A DNA stretch of 12,072 nucleotides from Clostridia bacterium (GCA_016287855.1 JAEEXS010000047.1:1-12072), one strand, 5' to 3'; shown: positions 1 through 7,285, counted from the stretch's first letter. The notes: generated by a model not told the origin, from the sequence alone. Made by a program: numbers and translations.

Positions 1-343
1 TTTGAACTACAAAGTAGGTTTGAGCAAGTGCAATTACCTTTTTTCTGCTATCTCCATTTTGCGCTATAACATAGCAAGCATAACGTGTTAATTTATAATC
101 TAAAATTGTCTTTTCCGCACCTTTAGGCATTTTTATCGTTTTACTGACGTCAGTAAAATGTTCAAATTCACTTATATTGCTATTTTTGCAAGAAATTATA
201 GCTTTATCAATTGTTTTCTGAAAGTTTTGCCAGTTAGAATACTCCAAAATGCTCATTAACTCCCTTGCATACCAGTACTCACCTCCATTCTCATCAATAT
301 GTTTTATTTCCTCAAACGTCCTATTACTGCTTTCTTTATTCAA
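1..343 (-). CDS. dinD: DNA-damage-inducible protein D (DinD-like), 5' portion; 3' end runs off the window
   Basis: Minus-strand frame reads (TTG)NKESSNRTFEEIKHIDENGGEYWYARELMSILEYSNWQNFQKTIDKAIISCKNSNISEFEHFTDVSKTIKMPKGAEKTILDYKLTRYACYVIAQNGDSRKKVIALAQTYFVVQ. The blocks FEEIKH..G.EYW.AREL, L(T/S)RYACY.IAQNGD.RK and AQ.YF.VQ match my memory of DinD. An in-frame stop sits at 370..368 and there is no ATG before Met at 256. TTG at 343..341 lies 8 nt after a GGAGG (complement of 352..356). Not in the supplied ORF track. Confidence 0.8.
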   Translation of the reverse strand, partial: MNKESSNRTFEEIKHIDENGGEYWYARELMSILEYSNWQNFQKTIDKAIISCKNSNISEFEHFTDVSKTIKMPKGAEKTILDYKLTRYACYVIAQNGDSRKKVIALAQTYFVVQ

Positions 344-366
344 TAATACCGCCTCCTTTTGGAATA

Positions 367-395
367 ATTATAGAACGGATGTTCTGCAAAGTCAA
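367..395 (-). promoter_or_regulatory. Sigma-A promoter of dinD: -35 TTGACT (395..390), 17-nt spacer, -10 TATAAT (372..367)
   Basis: Minus strand reads TTGACT-ttgcagaacatccgttc-TATAAT. The -10 is consensus and the -35 matches 5 of 6. The -10 ends 24 nt upstream of the TTG start, and the SD lies in between. Confidence 0.7.
372..385. promoter_or_regulatory. LexA (Cheo/SOS) box AGAACGGATGTTCT, GAAC-N4-GTTC
   Basis: Perfect GAAC-N4-GTTC dyad, the Gram-positive LexA operator core. It fills the spacer and touches the -10 of the dinD promoter, the classic position for SOS repression. Confidence 0.75.
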
Positions 396-405
396 CTATT
401 TTTTC

Positions 406-434
406 AAAAAAATAGAGAGACTTTTTAGTCTCTC
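406..434 (-). terminator. Rho-independent terminator of feoAB
   Basis: Minus strand 6 nt after the feoB stop: GAGAGACT-aaaa-AGTCTCTC (8-bp stem, 434..415) followed by TATTTTTTT (A-run 406..412 on +). Confidence 0.75.
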
Positions 435-440
435 CACCTT

Positions 441-2546
441 TTATTTTCCACACATTTTACAATTTGGGCAATCAGCACACTCATTTCCTTTCGTCTTTAT
501 CATATGCCTTACTGCCAAGAATACCGCCAGCAGTATTACACATATTATTATAATGTTTATCGGATTAACCCCTGTAAGCCTACTTCCTACTTGATATACA
601 ATAGTAGCGAGTACCCATGCCATTCCTGTTTGGAATAGAACTGCTTTTAGGAGTTTTCCTGTACTTCCTAATTCTCTTCTCATTGCACCTATTGCACCAA
701 AGCATGGAGCTGAGAATAAGTTAAATACCATAAACGCATAGGCTGATGCTGCACTAAAGAATGCAAATATTCCACCAAGTGAAAATATCTCGCTACCCTC
801 TTCAACATCTTCTGCCAAACCATTTATAACCGCCATAGAGGAAACTACTTGCTCCTTTGCAACTAAACCTTGAATTGCCGAAACAGTTGCGCCCCAACTT
901 CTCGTTCCAAGCATAGGATAAAATACCCAAGATATTTTATTACCTATTATAGCCAACATACTATCTTCTATTTCTACTCCATATTCCATTCTAAACGAGA
1001 AAGATAATAAGAACCAAATTACAATAGAACATAAAAGAATTATTGTACCTGCTCTTTTTATAAATGCTAATACTTTGTCTGTTACATCTTTTGCAACATA
1101 TTTTACACTCGGCATTTTATACTCTGGTAATTCAAATATAAACGTACTTGATGTGTGTTTAAATATGAACTTTTTCATAAGCATTGCGCTTAAAATAATT
1201 ACTATTATTGCAAAGAAATATAACGATGCCGAAACCAAACCTGCATTGTCTGGGAAGAAATACCCAGCAAATAATGCTATTATAGGGAGCTTTGCACTAC
1301 ATGGTATAAACGGAGTTAATATTGTTGTCATTTTTCTTTCATCTTCGTTTTCTATAATTCTAGATCCCATTATTCCAGGTACGGAGCAACCCGAGCCAAC
1401 TATGAATGGAATTATACTCTTTCCGTTTAAGCCAATTTTTCTAAATACCTTATCTAGTAATAAGGATACTCTAGACATATAACCAGTTGTTTCAAGTAAC
1501 GAAATACAAATAAATAAGATAATTAGTTGAGGAATAAATCCTAAAACTGCACCAACTCCAGCGATTATTCCATCTACTACTAGGCTATTTAACCATTCTG
1601 CCGTCCCAAGTTCAGCCAATTTTTCTCCAGTCCACTCACCAAATGCACCAACATTGTCCCCTATAAAGTCTACCGTTGCACTTCCTATCACGCCAACAGA
1701 TAAATAGTAAATCAAGAACATTATTGCAATAAATATTGGGAAAGCAAGCCACTTATTTAAGAATACTTTATCTAACTTATCTGAAACACTTTCTTTTGTT
1801 TTCTTTTTTGTAATACTATCTACTTCGATTTTCTCTATAAAGTTATATCTCTCAGTTGCAATTGTTTCTTCTATATCTGTATCATAATGTGCTTTTAATT
1901 CTTTTATTATTCCCTTTACACCATCAGTTAAATAACTATTAAATCTCTTATCTTCTTCTAATAGCTTAACCGCTACAAACCTTTTATGAGGCATTTTAGG
2001 AGGCAATATACTTTCTACACTTTTCTCTGCATTTTCTATATTTTCATCAAATATTTTAGGCTTAACTTGAATCCCAAGATTATCTATTGCAGATACTAGT
2101 TCTTTTATTCCAGTTTCTTTCAATGCAGATATTTTTAATACCTTTAACCCGATTTTTTCTTCTAATTTTTTTGCATCAATATTATACCCTTTTTCCTCTA
2201 AAATATCTGACATATTTAAGGCTACTATTACCTTACAATCTAATTCTGAAAGTTGAGTGGTAAGGTATAGGCTTCTCTCGATTGCTGTTGCATCTATTAT
2301 ATTTATTATTACATCTGGATTTTCGTCAAACACAAAATTTCTAGAAATTTCTTCTTCTATACTATATGGACTTAATGAATATATACCAGGTAAGTCTGTT
2401 ATTTCATGTTTAGTTCCTTTTATTACACCAGTCTTTTTTTCAATAGTAACTCCCGGCCAGTTACCGATTTTTGCATTCATTCCAGTCAAACAATTAAACA
2501 ACGTTGTTTTTCCACTATTTTGATTTCCGATTAATGCTATTTTCAT
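441..2546 (-). CDS. feoB: Ferrous iron transporter FeoB (N-terminal G-domain plus permease), with an extra C-terminal TM/Cys-rich tail
   Basis: 701 aa. G1 motif GNQNSGKTTLFN, DLPG, and a polytopic membrane domain typical of FeoB. The start overlaps the feoA stop (TAATG). The tail is ...NIIIICVILLAVFLAVRHMIKTKGNECADCPNCKMCGK. Confidence 0.97.
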   Translation of the reverse strand: MKIALIGNQNSGKTTLFNCLTGMNAKIGNWPGVTIEKKTGVIKGTKHEITDLPGIYSLSPYSIEEEISRNFVFDENPDVIINIIDATAIERSLYLTTQLSELDCKVIVALNMSDILEEKGYNIDAKKLEEKIGLKVLKISALKETGIKELVSAIDNLGIQVKPKIFDENIENAEKSVESILPPKMPHKRFVAVKLLEEDKRFNSYLTDGVKGIIKELKAHYDTDIEETIATERYNFIEKIEVDSITKKKTKESVSDKLDKVFLNKWLAFPIFIAIMFLIYYLSVGVIGSATVDFIGDNVGAFGEWTGEKLAELGTAEWLNSLVVDGIIAGVGAVLGFIPQLIILFICISLLETTGYMSRVSLLLDKVFRKIGLNGKSIIPFIVGSGCSVPGIMGSRIIENEDERKMTTILTPFIPCSAKLPIIALFAGYFFPDNAGLVSASLYFFAIIVIILSAMLMKKFIFKHTSSTFIFELPEYKMPSVKYVAKDVTDKVLAFIKRAGTIILLCSIVIWFLLSFSFRMEYGVEIEDSMLAIIGNKISWVFYPMLGTRSWGATVSAIQGLVAKEQVVSSMAVINGLAEDVEEGSEIFSLGGIFAFFSAASAYAFMVFNLFSAPCFGAIGAMRRELGSTGKLLKAVLFQTGMAWVLATIVYQVGSRLTGVNPINIIIICVILLAVFLAVRHMIKTKGNECADCPNCKMCGK

Positions 2547-2782
2547 TAGTCTTCTACCTCCACTTCTATTCCTTTCATCTCTTGTTTTCTTAAAGCTAAT
2601 TCATAACCCCTTATCTCTATATCTACAGGCTCACCCATAGGCGCTATTTTCTTTATTCTTACTTCCACCCCGCGGGTAACCCCCATATCAAATAAATGTC
2701 TTCTTATTTCTTTATTTGTAACGTTAATTTTTAAAACTTTGGCTTTTTGACCAATTTTCAAATCAGATAATTCACAAATCAT
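2546..2782 (-). CDS. feoA: FeoA (small SH3-like ferrous iron transport protein)
   Basis: 78 aa, LKIGQKAKVLKI...RRHLFDMGVTRGVEVRIKKIAPMGEPVDIEIRGYELALRK, the FeoA/DtxR-C-terminal fold signature. GGAGG lies 7 nt upstream of the ATG. Translationally coupled to feoB. Confidence 0.93.
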   Translation of the reverse strand: MICELSDLKIGQKAKVLKINVTNKEIRRHLFDMGVTRGVEVRIKKIAPMGEPVDIEIRGYELALRKQEMKGIEVEVED

Positions 2783-2800
2783 TTTTTATCCTCCTTTGTA

Positions 2801-2820
2801 AAAGTTGAAATTTCTTTCAC
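2801..2820. promoter_or_regulatory. Candidate operator R1: AAAGTTGAAATTTCTTTCAC (contains dyad TGAAA-N4-TTTCA)
   Basis: 18/20 identical to R2 at 2859..2878. Covers the predicted +1 to +20 of the feoAB transcript. Confidence 0.45.
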
Positions 2821-2826
2821 ATTTTC

Positions 2827-2855
2827 ATTCTAGCATTTTATATTTCATTAGTCAA
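2827..2855 (-). promoter_or_regulatory. Sigma-A promoter of feoAB: -35 TTGACT (2855..2850), 17 nt, extended -10 TGcTAGAAT (2835..2827)
   Basis: Minus strand reads TTGACT-aatgaaatataaaatgc-TAGAAT, with TG at the extended -10 position. The predicted TSS is near 2820, about 38 nt before the feoA ATG. Confidence 0.6.
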
Positions 2856-2858
2856 TAA

Positions 2859-2878
2859 AAAGTTGAAAATTTTTTCAC
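2859..2878. promoter_or_regulatory. Candidate operator R2: AAAGTTGAAAATTTTTTCAC (dyad TGAAA-N4-TTTCA)
   Basis: Direct repeat of R1, 58 bp away and immediately upstream of the feoAB -35. Its distal 12 nt (2869..2880, ATTTTTTCACTT) recur as an exact inverted copy at 2924..2935. Confidence 0.45.
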
Positions 2879-2916
2879 TTTTTTTCGTCCAAGCTTTTCT
2901 ATGTTTTTAATTCTTA

Positions 2917-2945
2917 TTTACTTAAGTGAAAAAATATGTTATTAT
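2917..2945 (+). promoter_or_regulatory. Putative promoter of the TetR gene: -35 TTTACT (2917..2922), 17 nt, extended -10 TGtTATTAT (2937..2945)
   Basis: Hexamers and spacing read directly from the sequence. The spacer contains AAGTGAAAAAAT (2924..2935), the inverted copy of half of R2. The ORF-track ATG at 2936 lies inside this promoter, which favours the ATG at 2969. Confidence 0.45.
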
Positions 2946-2968
2946 TCATACGTGTAGAGGTGAAAATT

Positions 2969-3571
2969 ATGGGTGAAAACGAGATAAAAGAGCCTATTCA
3001 AAAGCGTTCGATAGAAAAAAAAGACAAGATCATTCGCTATGGATTTGATCTTATTTGTGAAAAAGGTTACTACAATACCAACACCGCTGAAATTGCAAAA
3101 GCTGCCGGTGTTTCTACTGGTATTGTTTATAGATATTTTAAAGATAAGCACGATATTTTACTTGAAGGAATAAGACTATATGCCGATTCTATTTTCTTCC
3201 CTACTTTGAATAATATAGATGATGAATTTCAAAAAACTAATTTGAAAGAGTTTTTCCGTAGTATGATTAATGAGTTCATAGAAAACCACAAGTTGTCTTT
3301 GGTTGCTCATGAAGAGATAATGGCTATGGTTCATTCAGATAAAGAAATTGCTGATTTTTACCATCAATATGAATTAAATTCAACTAAAAATATTGTTGAA
3401 TTTTTGCAAAATAAAGGTATTAATAAAAAAAATCTGACAGAGGTTGTCCATATTTCTATGGGACTTGTAGATAACCTCTGCCATGAAGTTGTTTATCATA
3501 AGCATAATAATATTGATTATAATAATATGATTGAGTTAGTTTTAGATACGATTGTTCATTTGATACAATAA
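2969..3571 (+). CDS. TetR/AcrR-family transcriptional regulator
   Basis: N-terminal HTH NTNTAEIAKAAGVSTGIVYRYFKDKHDILL is the TetR_N signature. About 200 aa with an all-helical C-terminal ligand domain. Start moved to ATG 2969 (AGAGGTG SD 2956..2962) from the track's 2936. Divergent from feoAB. Confidence 0.9.
   Translation: MGENEIKEPIQKRSIEKKDKIIRYGFDLICEKGYYNTNTAEIAKAAGVSTGIVYRYFKDKHDILLEGIRLYADSIFFPTLNNIDDEFQKTNLKEFFRSMINEFIENHKLSLVAHEEIMAMVHSDKEIADFYHQYELNSTKNIVEFLQNKGINKKNLTEVVHISMGLVDNLCHEVVYHKHNNIDYNNMIELVLDTIVHLIQ
3425..3483 (-). terminator. Candidate Rho-independent terminator for hydEGF, embedded antisense in the tetR coding sequence
   Basis: Minus strand: CAGAGGTT (3480..3473) pairs with AACCTCTG (3445..3438). 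There is an inner GTCC(C)AT/ATGGAC stem, and the outer stem extends by 2 bp to 3483/3435 across one mismatch. This is followed by ga-TTTTTTTT (A-run 3425..3432 on +), about 75 nt after the hydF stop. The long branched loop makes it less certain. Confidence 0.45.
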
Positions 3572-4710
3572 AGACTTCTTTCTAAAATTCCATTCATGTA
3601 AGCAATAGCGGTGCCGTAGTTTGTAAACGGCACTTTTTCTTTTACTGCCAATTCCATTCTATACTTTATTTCATTTTCATTTAGCATACATCCGCCACAA
3701 TGAATTATTAAATCATATTGCTTTAAGTCCTCCGGAAAACCCATACCGTTTGTCCACTCTAACTTTAGTTCTTTTCCAGTAAATTTCTTTAATAATTTAG
3801 GAATTTTTACAGTTCCTATGTCTTCACATTGCCTATGGTGCGTACAGCCTTCTGCTATTAATACTTTATCTCTGTCTTTTAATTTATCAATTGCTTTTGC
3901 TCCATTTACCGCTACATCTAAAAATCCTTTATATCTCGCCATCAATATTGAAAAAGATGTTAATGGTATTTCTTCCGGTACAATTTCATTTACAAGTTTA
4001 AATACTTGCGAATCAGTTATTACTAAAGCTGGCTTTTCTTTTAATGAGTTTAGTGTTTGCTCTAATTCTGTTTCTTTAGTTACAATTGCTACTGCACCAC
4101 TATCTAATATATCTCTTATTGCCATTTGCTGAGGAAGTATTAATCTCCCCTTTGGGGCAGATTCATCTATTGGAGTTACTAATACCACTATGTCCTTTGA
4201 CTTAATTAAATCGCCAACTAGTCTTATTTGTTTCTCTTCTTTTATTGACTTGCCAATAAGTTCTTTTAGCTCCTCCACCCCCGTCTTATCGACGGCACTA
4301 GTGAACACAACATTTCCGCTATTTTCGTATTTTTCGATAACATCCGCCTTGTTTTTTGCTATTATATAAGGAATTTCTCTTTCCTCAAAAATACTAATAA
4401 GCTCATCTTCTGCTTTGTTTAATTCCCTATTAGCCTCTGTTACTAAAACTGCAATATCGCAATTTCTTAAAATCTTTTTAGTTGCTTCTACTCTTTTTTC
4501 TCCTAGTTCGCCTTCATCATCATATCCAGGAGTATCTATTATTAAGACTTTTCCTATAGGTAAAATTTCCATAGTCTTTTTTACTGCGTCTGTAGTTGTT
4601 CCTTTTACATCACTTACAACCGACATATCTTGATTAGTTACTACATTTACCAAGCTACTTTTACCAACATTCCTACAACCAAAAAAGCCTATATTTACTC
4701 TTTCATTCAT
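3556..4710 (-). CDS. hydF: [FeFe]-hydrogenase H-cluster maturation GTPase HydF
   Basis: G1 GCRNVGKSS, G3 DTPG, G4 NKAD. C-terminal FeS ligands EGCTHH ... HCGGC (the CxH...HCxxC HydF signature). ATG 4710 is preferred over the track's GTG 4719, because AAGGA is 11 nt from the ATG but only 2 nt from the GTG. Confidence 0.93.
   Translation of the reverse strand: MNERVNIGFFGCRNVGKSSLVNVVTNQDMSVVSDVKGTTTDAVKKTMEILPIGKVLIIDTPGYDDEGELGEKRVEATKKILRNCDIAVLVTEANRELNKAEDELISIFEEREIPYIIAKNKADVIEKYENSGNVVFTSAVDKTGVEELKELIGKSIKEEKQIRLVGDLIKSKDIVVLVTPIDESAPKGRLILPQQMAIRDILDSGAVAIVTKETELEQTLNSLKEKPALVITDSQVFKLVNEIVPEEIPLTSFSILMARYKGFLDVAVNGAKAIDKLKDRDKVLIAEGCTHHRQCEDIGTVKIPKLLKKFTGKELKLEWTNGMGFPEDLKQYDLIIHCGGCMLNENEIKYRMELAVKEKVPFTNYGTAIAYMNGILERSLYCIK
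3611..3643 (+). terminator. Rho-independent terminator for tetR, embedded antisense in the hydF coding sequence
   Basis: GTGCCGT-agtttgtaa-ACGGCAC (7-bp GC-rich stem 3611..3617 / 3627..3633) followed by TTTTTCTTTT (3634..3643), 40 nt after the tetR stop. A GC-rich stem plus T-tract stands out in this AT-rich DNA. Confidence 0.7.
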
Positions 4711-4725
4711 TATTATCACATTCCT

Positions 4726-6141
4726 TTAGAAATACAAATCTCTTGTACCATTTTCTATTTTTATTAATTCTTCTCTAACTTTAGGTTTTATCTCTTCTTT
4801 TCCAATATTCTCTATTTCTCTTTCAATTAACTCTTCCCCTATTTTTCTAGTTTCAGGGCTTGCATAGTCCATCAAATATTCTTTTAATGTCATAAGTGCG
4901 TTTGGATGGCAACAATTTTGAATTTGTCCTGATTTACAAAGCGACATAAACCTATCTCCGGTTCTTCCCTCTCTATAACAAGCTGTACAGAAAGAAGGAA
5001 TATATCCTGCTCTCATTAACCAATTTACAACTTCATCTAAAGTCCTATTATCTGAAACATCAAATTGTTCTGTGTCATGTGGTCTTTCTTCTTCTGCATA
5101 ACCACCTACAGAAGTACGGGATCCACCGCTTATTTGGCTTACTCCAAGTTTTATTATTTTTTCACGAATTTCTGGGGTTTCTCTTGTTGAAATAATCATT
5201 CCTGTATATGGAACTGCAAGTCTAATTAAAGCTGCAAGCTTACAAAACATCTCGTCACTTAGTGAATTATCAAATTCGGTAGGATCTATATCGTCTGCCT
5301 TCTTTACACGAGGTACACTTATTGTATGAGGGCCTACACCATGTACTGCCTCTAAGTGTTCTGCATGCATAAGTAATCCTGCAAATTCGTATCTATATTT
5401 ATCTAGTCCAAATAAAACTCCAATTCCTACGTCGTCAATTCCACCTTCCATCGCTCTATCCATTGCTTCCGTATGATATGCGTAGTCATGTTTTGGACCA
5501 GTCGGGTGCAAATATTCATAAGCTTCTTTGTCGTAAGTTTCTTGGAATAAAATATATGTACCAATTCCAGCTTCTTTCAATTTTCTATAATTTTCGACAG
5601 TTGTTGCGGCAATATTAACATTAACACGTCTTATTGCTCCATTTTTATGTTTTATTGAATAAATTGTATGTATACATTCTAGTATGTACTCAATAGGGTT
5701 GTTTACAGGGTCCTCTCCTGCCTCTATTGCAAGTCTTTTATGTCCCATATCTTGAAGTGCAATTACTTCTTTTTCTACTTCTTCTTGAGTTAATTTCTTG
5801 CGTGGAATATGTTTGTTTTTAGCATGATATGGGCAATATAAGCATCCATTTACACAGTAGTTTGAAAGATATAGAGGTGCAAACATTACTATTCTATTTC
5901 CATAAAAATCTTTCTTTATTTGACCTGCTAAATCATACATCTCTGTTACTTTTTCTTTATCCTCACAAGCAAGTAATACGCTCGCTTCTCTATGAGATAA
6001 GCCCTTGCGAAGCTTTGCTTTTTCCAATATTTCATCTACTAATTTTAAATTGTCCTTATTTTCGTCTGCGTATTTTAGCGTCGCCTTTATTTCCTCATCA
6101 TTAATAAATTCTTCTGCTTTCATTGATTTTACATTATACAT
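4726..6141 (-). CDS. hydG: [FeFe]-hydrogenase maturase HydG (radical SAM tyrosine lyase, CO/CN synthase)
   Basis: 471 aa. Radical-SAM CVNGCLYC (CX3CX2C) near the N-terminus, ThiH-like core, and C-terminal auxiliary cluster motif CTAC-X22-C (CX2CX22C), which distinguishes HydG from ThiH. Confidence 0.95.
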   Translation of the reverse strand: MYNVKSMKAEEFINDEEIKATLKYADENKDNLKLVDEILEKAKLRKGLSHREASVLLACEDKEKVTEMYDLAGQIKKDFYGNRIVMFAPLYLSNYCVNGCLYCPYHAKNKHIPRKKLTQEEVEKEVIALQDMGHKRLAIEAGEDPVNNPIEYILECIHTIYSIKHKNGAIRRVNVNIAATTVENYRKLKEAGIGTYILFQETYDKEAYEYLHPTGPKHDYAYHTEAMDRAMEGGIDDVGIGVLFGLDKYRYEFAGLLMHAEHLEAVHGVGPHTISVPRVKKADDIDPTEFDNSLSDEMFCKLAALIRLAVPYTGMIISTRETPEIREKIIKLGVSQISGGSRTSVGGYAEEERPHDTEQFDVSDNRTLDEVVNWLMRAGYIPSFCTACYREGRTGDRFMSLCKSGQIQNCCHPNALMTLKEYLMDYASPETRKIGEELIEREIENIGKEEIKPKVREELIKIENGTRDLYF

Positions 6142-6167
6142 TTTATGCCATCCCTTTCTTATGTACT

Positions 6168-7211
6168 TTAATTTTTGTAATCTCCTCTGGTTATTTCAAT
6201 TTCACAACCAGTTGTTTTTATTCTATTTTTTAAGCATTCTAAACATTCTGCTGCTTCGTCTCCTGTACAAATTTTATTGTCATACAACATATATTTTTTT
6301 CTAACGCTACCAGGAGATAGATTAGGCATAAGTACATTAGCTCCTGCCTTTATTCCTTTTTCTCGACCTAGTGGATCTATCGTTCCGAGTGCAGTTGTTG
6401 CTGGAAGTAAAACGTTTGGTAAAGTAAGTCTAATTAAACCTAGCATAAATAACGTAAGCTCTGCGGTCCCTGATTCTTCATTCTTAAATGGTGTGTCTTT
6501 ATGTGAAATAAACGGTCCTATTCCACACATATGTGGATTTAGTTTTTTTAAGAAAATTAACTCACTCGCTAAATTTTCTTCAGTTTGGTATGGACTTCCA
6601 ACCATAAAACCAGCGCCTATTTGGTAACCTAACCTCTTTAATTCTTCTAAACATTTTATTCTATTATCAAAGTCCATTTCTTTTGGATGTAGTTTTTCAT
6701 AATGGGATTTGTCCGCTGTTTCATGCCTTAATAAATATCTATCCGCTCCCGCTTCTTTTAGTTTTTTATAGCTCTCAAAACTTCTTTCGCCGATAGATAG
6801 CGTAACAGCTACATCTGGATGATTATTTTTTATTTCTTTTATTATTTCACAAAGCATTTCATCAGTATAATATAAGTCTTCTCCACCTTGTAATACAAAG
6901 GTCCTAAAGCCTAAGTTATACCCTGCGTTAGCACATTCTAATATTTCTTCTTTTGTTAATCTATATCTTTCTATATTTTTATTATCCCGTCTAATTCCAC
7001 AGTATAGGCAATTGTTTTTACAGTAATTTGTAAACTCAATTAATCCTCTAATATATACTTTTTTACCGTATATATTATCTCTTACTTCTGATGCGTTTTT
7101 ATAAAGATAATCTTTACATATATCTCTATTTTTTATTAGATATAAATATTCATCATACGAAAGTTCTGTATTTTTTCGCAATTTATCTATTAATTCGATA
7201 CATTTCTCCAT
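6168..7211 (-). CDS. hydE: [FeFe]-hydrogenase maturase HydE (radical SAM, BioB-like)
   Basis: 347 aa. FTNYCKNNCLYCGIRRDN radical-SAM motif and BioB-like TIM barrel length. First gene of a tight hydE-hydG-hydF unit with 26-nt and 15-nt gaps. Confidence 0.9.
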   Translation of the reverse strand: MEKCIELIDKLRKNTELSYDEYLYLIKNRDICKDYLYKNASEVRDNIYGKKVYIRGLIEFTNYCKNNCLYCGIRRDNKNIERYRLTKEEILECANAGYNLGFRTFVLQGGEDLYYTDEMLCEIIKEIKNNHPDVAVTLSIGERSFESYKKLKEAGADRYLLRHETADKSHYEKLHPKEMDFDNRIKCLEELKRLGYQIGAGFMVGSPYQTEENLASELIFLKKLNPHMCGIGPFISHKDTPFKNEESGTAELTLFMLGLIRLTLPNVLLPATTALGTIDPLGREKGIKAGANVLMPNLSPGSVRKKYMLYDNKICTGDEAAECLECLKNRIKTTGCEIEITRGDYKN

Positions 7212-7246
7212 TTAACAATACCTTCCTATTATATAAAACTATATCT

Positions 7247-7275
7247 ATAATAGTATTTTAAATTTTGTTTTTCAA
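7247..7275 (-). promoter_or_regulatory. Sigma-A promoter of hydEGF: -35 TTGAAA (7275..7270), 17 nt, -10 TATTAT (7252..7247)
   Basis: Minus strand reads TTGAAA-aacaaaatttaaaatac-TATTAT. A GGAAGG SD lies 9 nt before the hydE ATG at 7211. Confidence 0.55.
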
Positions 7276-7285
7276 GACATAAAAA

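Noticed and set aside
2797-2880. The feoA-upstream repeats resemble a Rex (redox) operator TTGTGAA-N4-TTCACAA; the minus strand of R1 reads ATGTGAAAGAAATTTCAAC.
   Set aside because: Only one half-site matches. The half-site spacing is about 2 nt too long and the second half is TTTCAAC rather than TTCACAA. I cannot call it a Rex box, so it is kept as an unassigned operator candidate.
2901-2957. An 18-codon + strand ORF (MFLILIYLSEKICYYSYV) in the feoA-tetR intergenic region.
   Set aside because: It has no SD sequence, it overlaps the predicted tetR promoter, and it is hydrophobic AT-driven sequence. It is most likely fortuitous.
2783-2968. Expected Fur box upstream of feoAB.
   Set aside because: No GATAAT/ATTATC hexamer array or 7-1-7 TGATAAT-N-ATTATCA dyad is present by eye. 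Only generic AT-rich runs are seen. The absence is reported in a finding; no Fur site is called.
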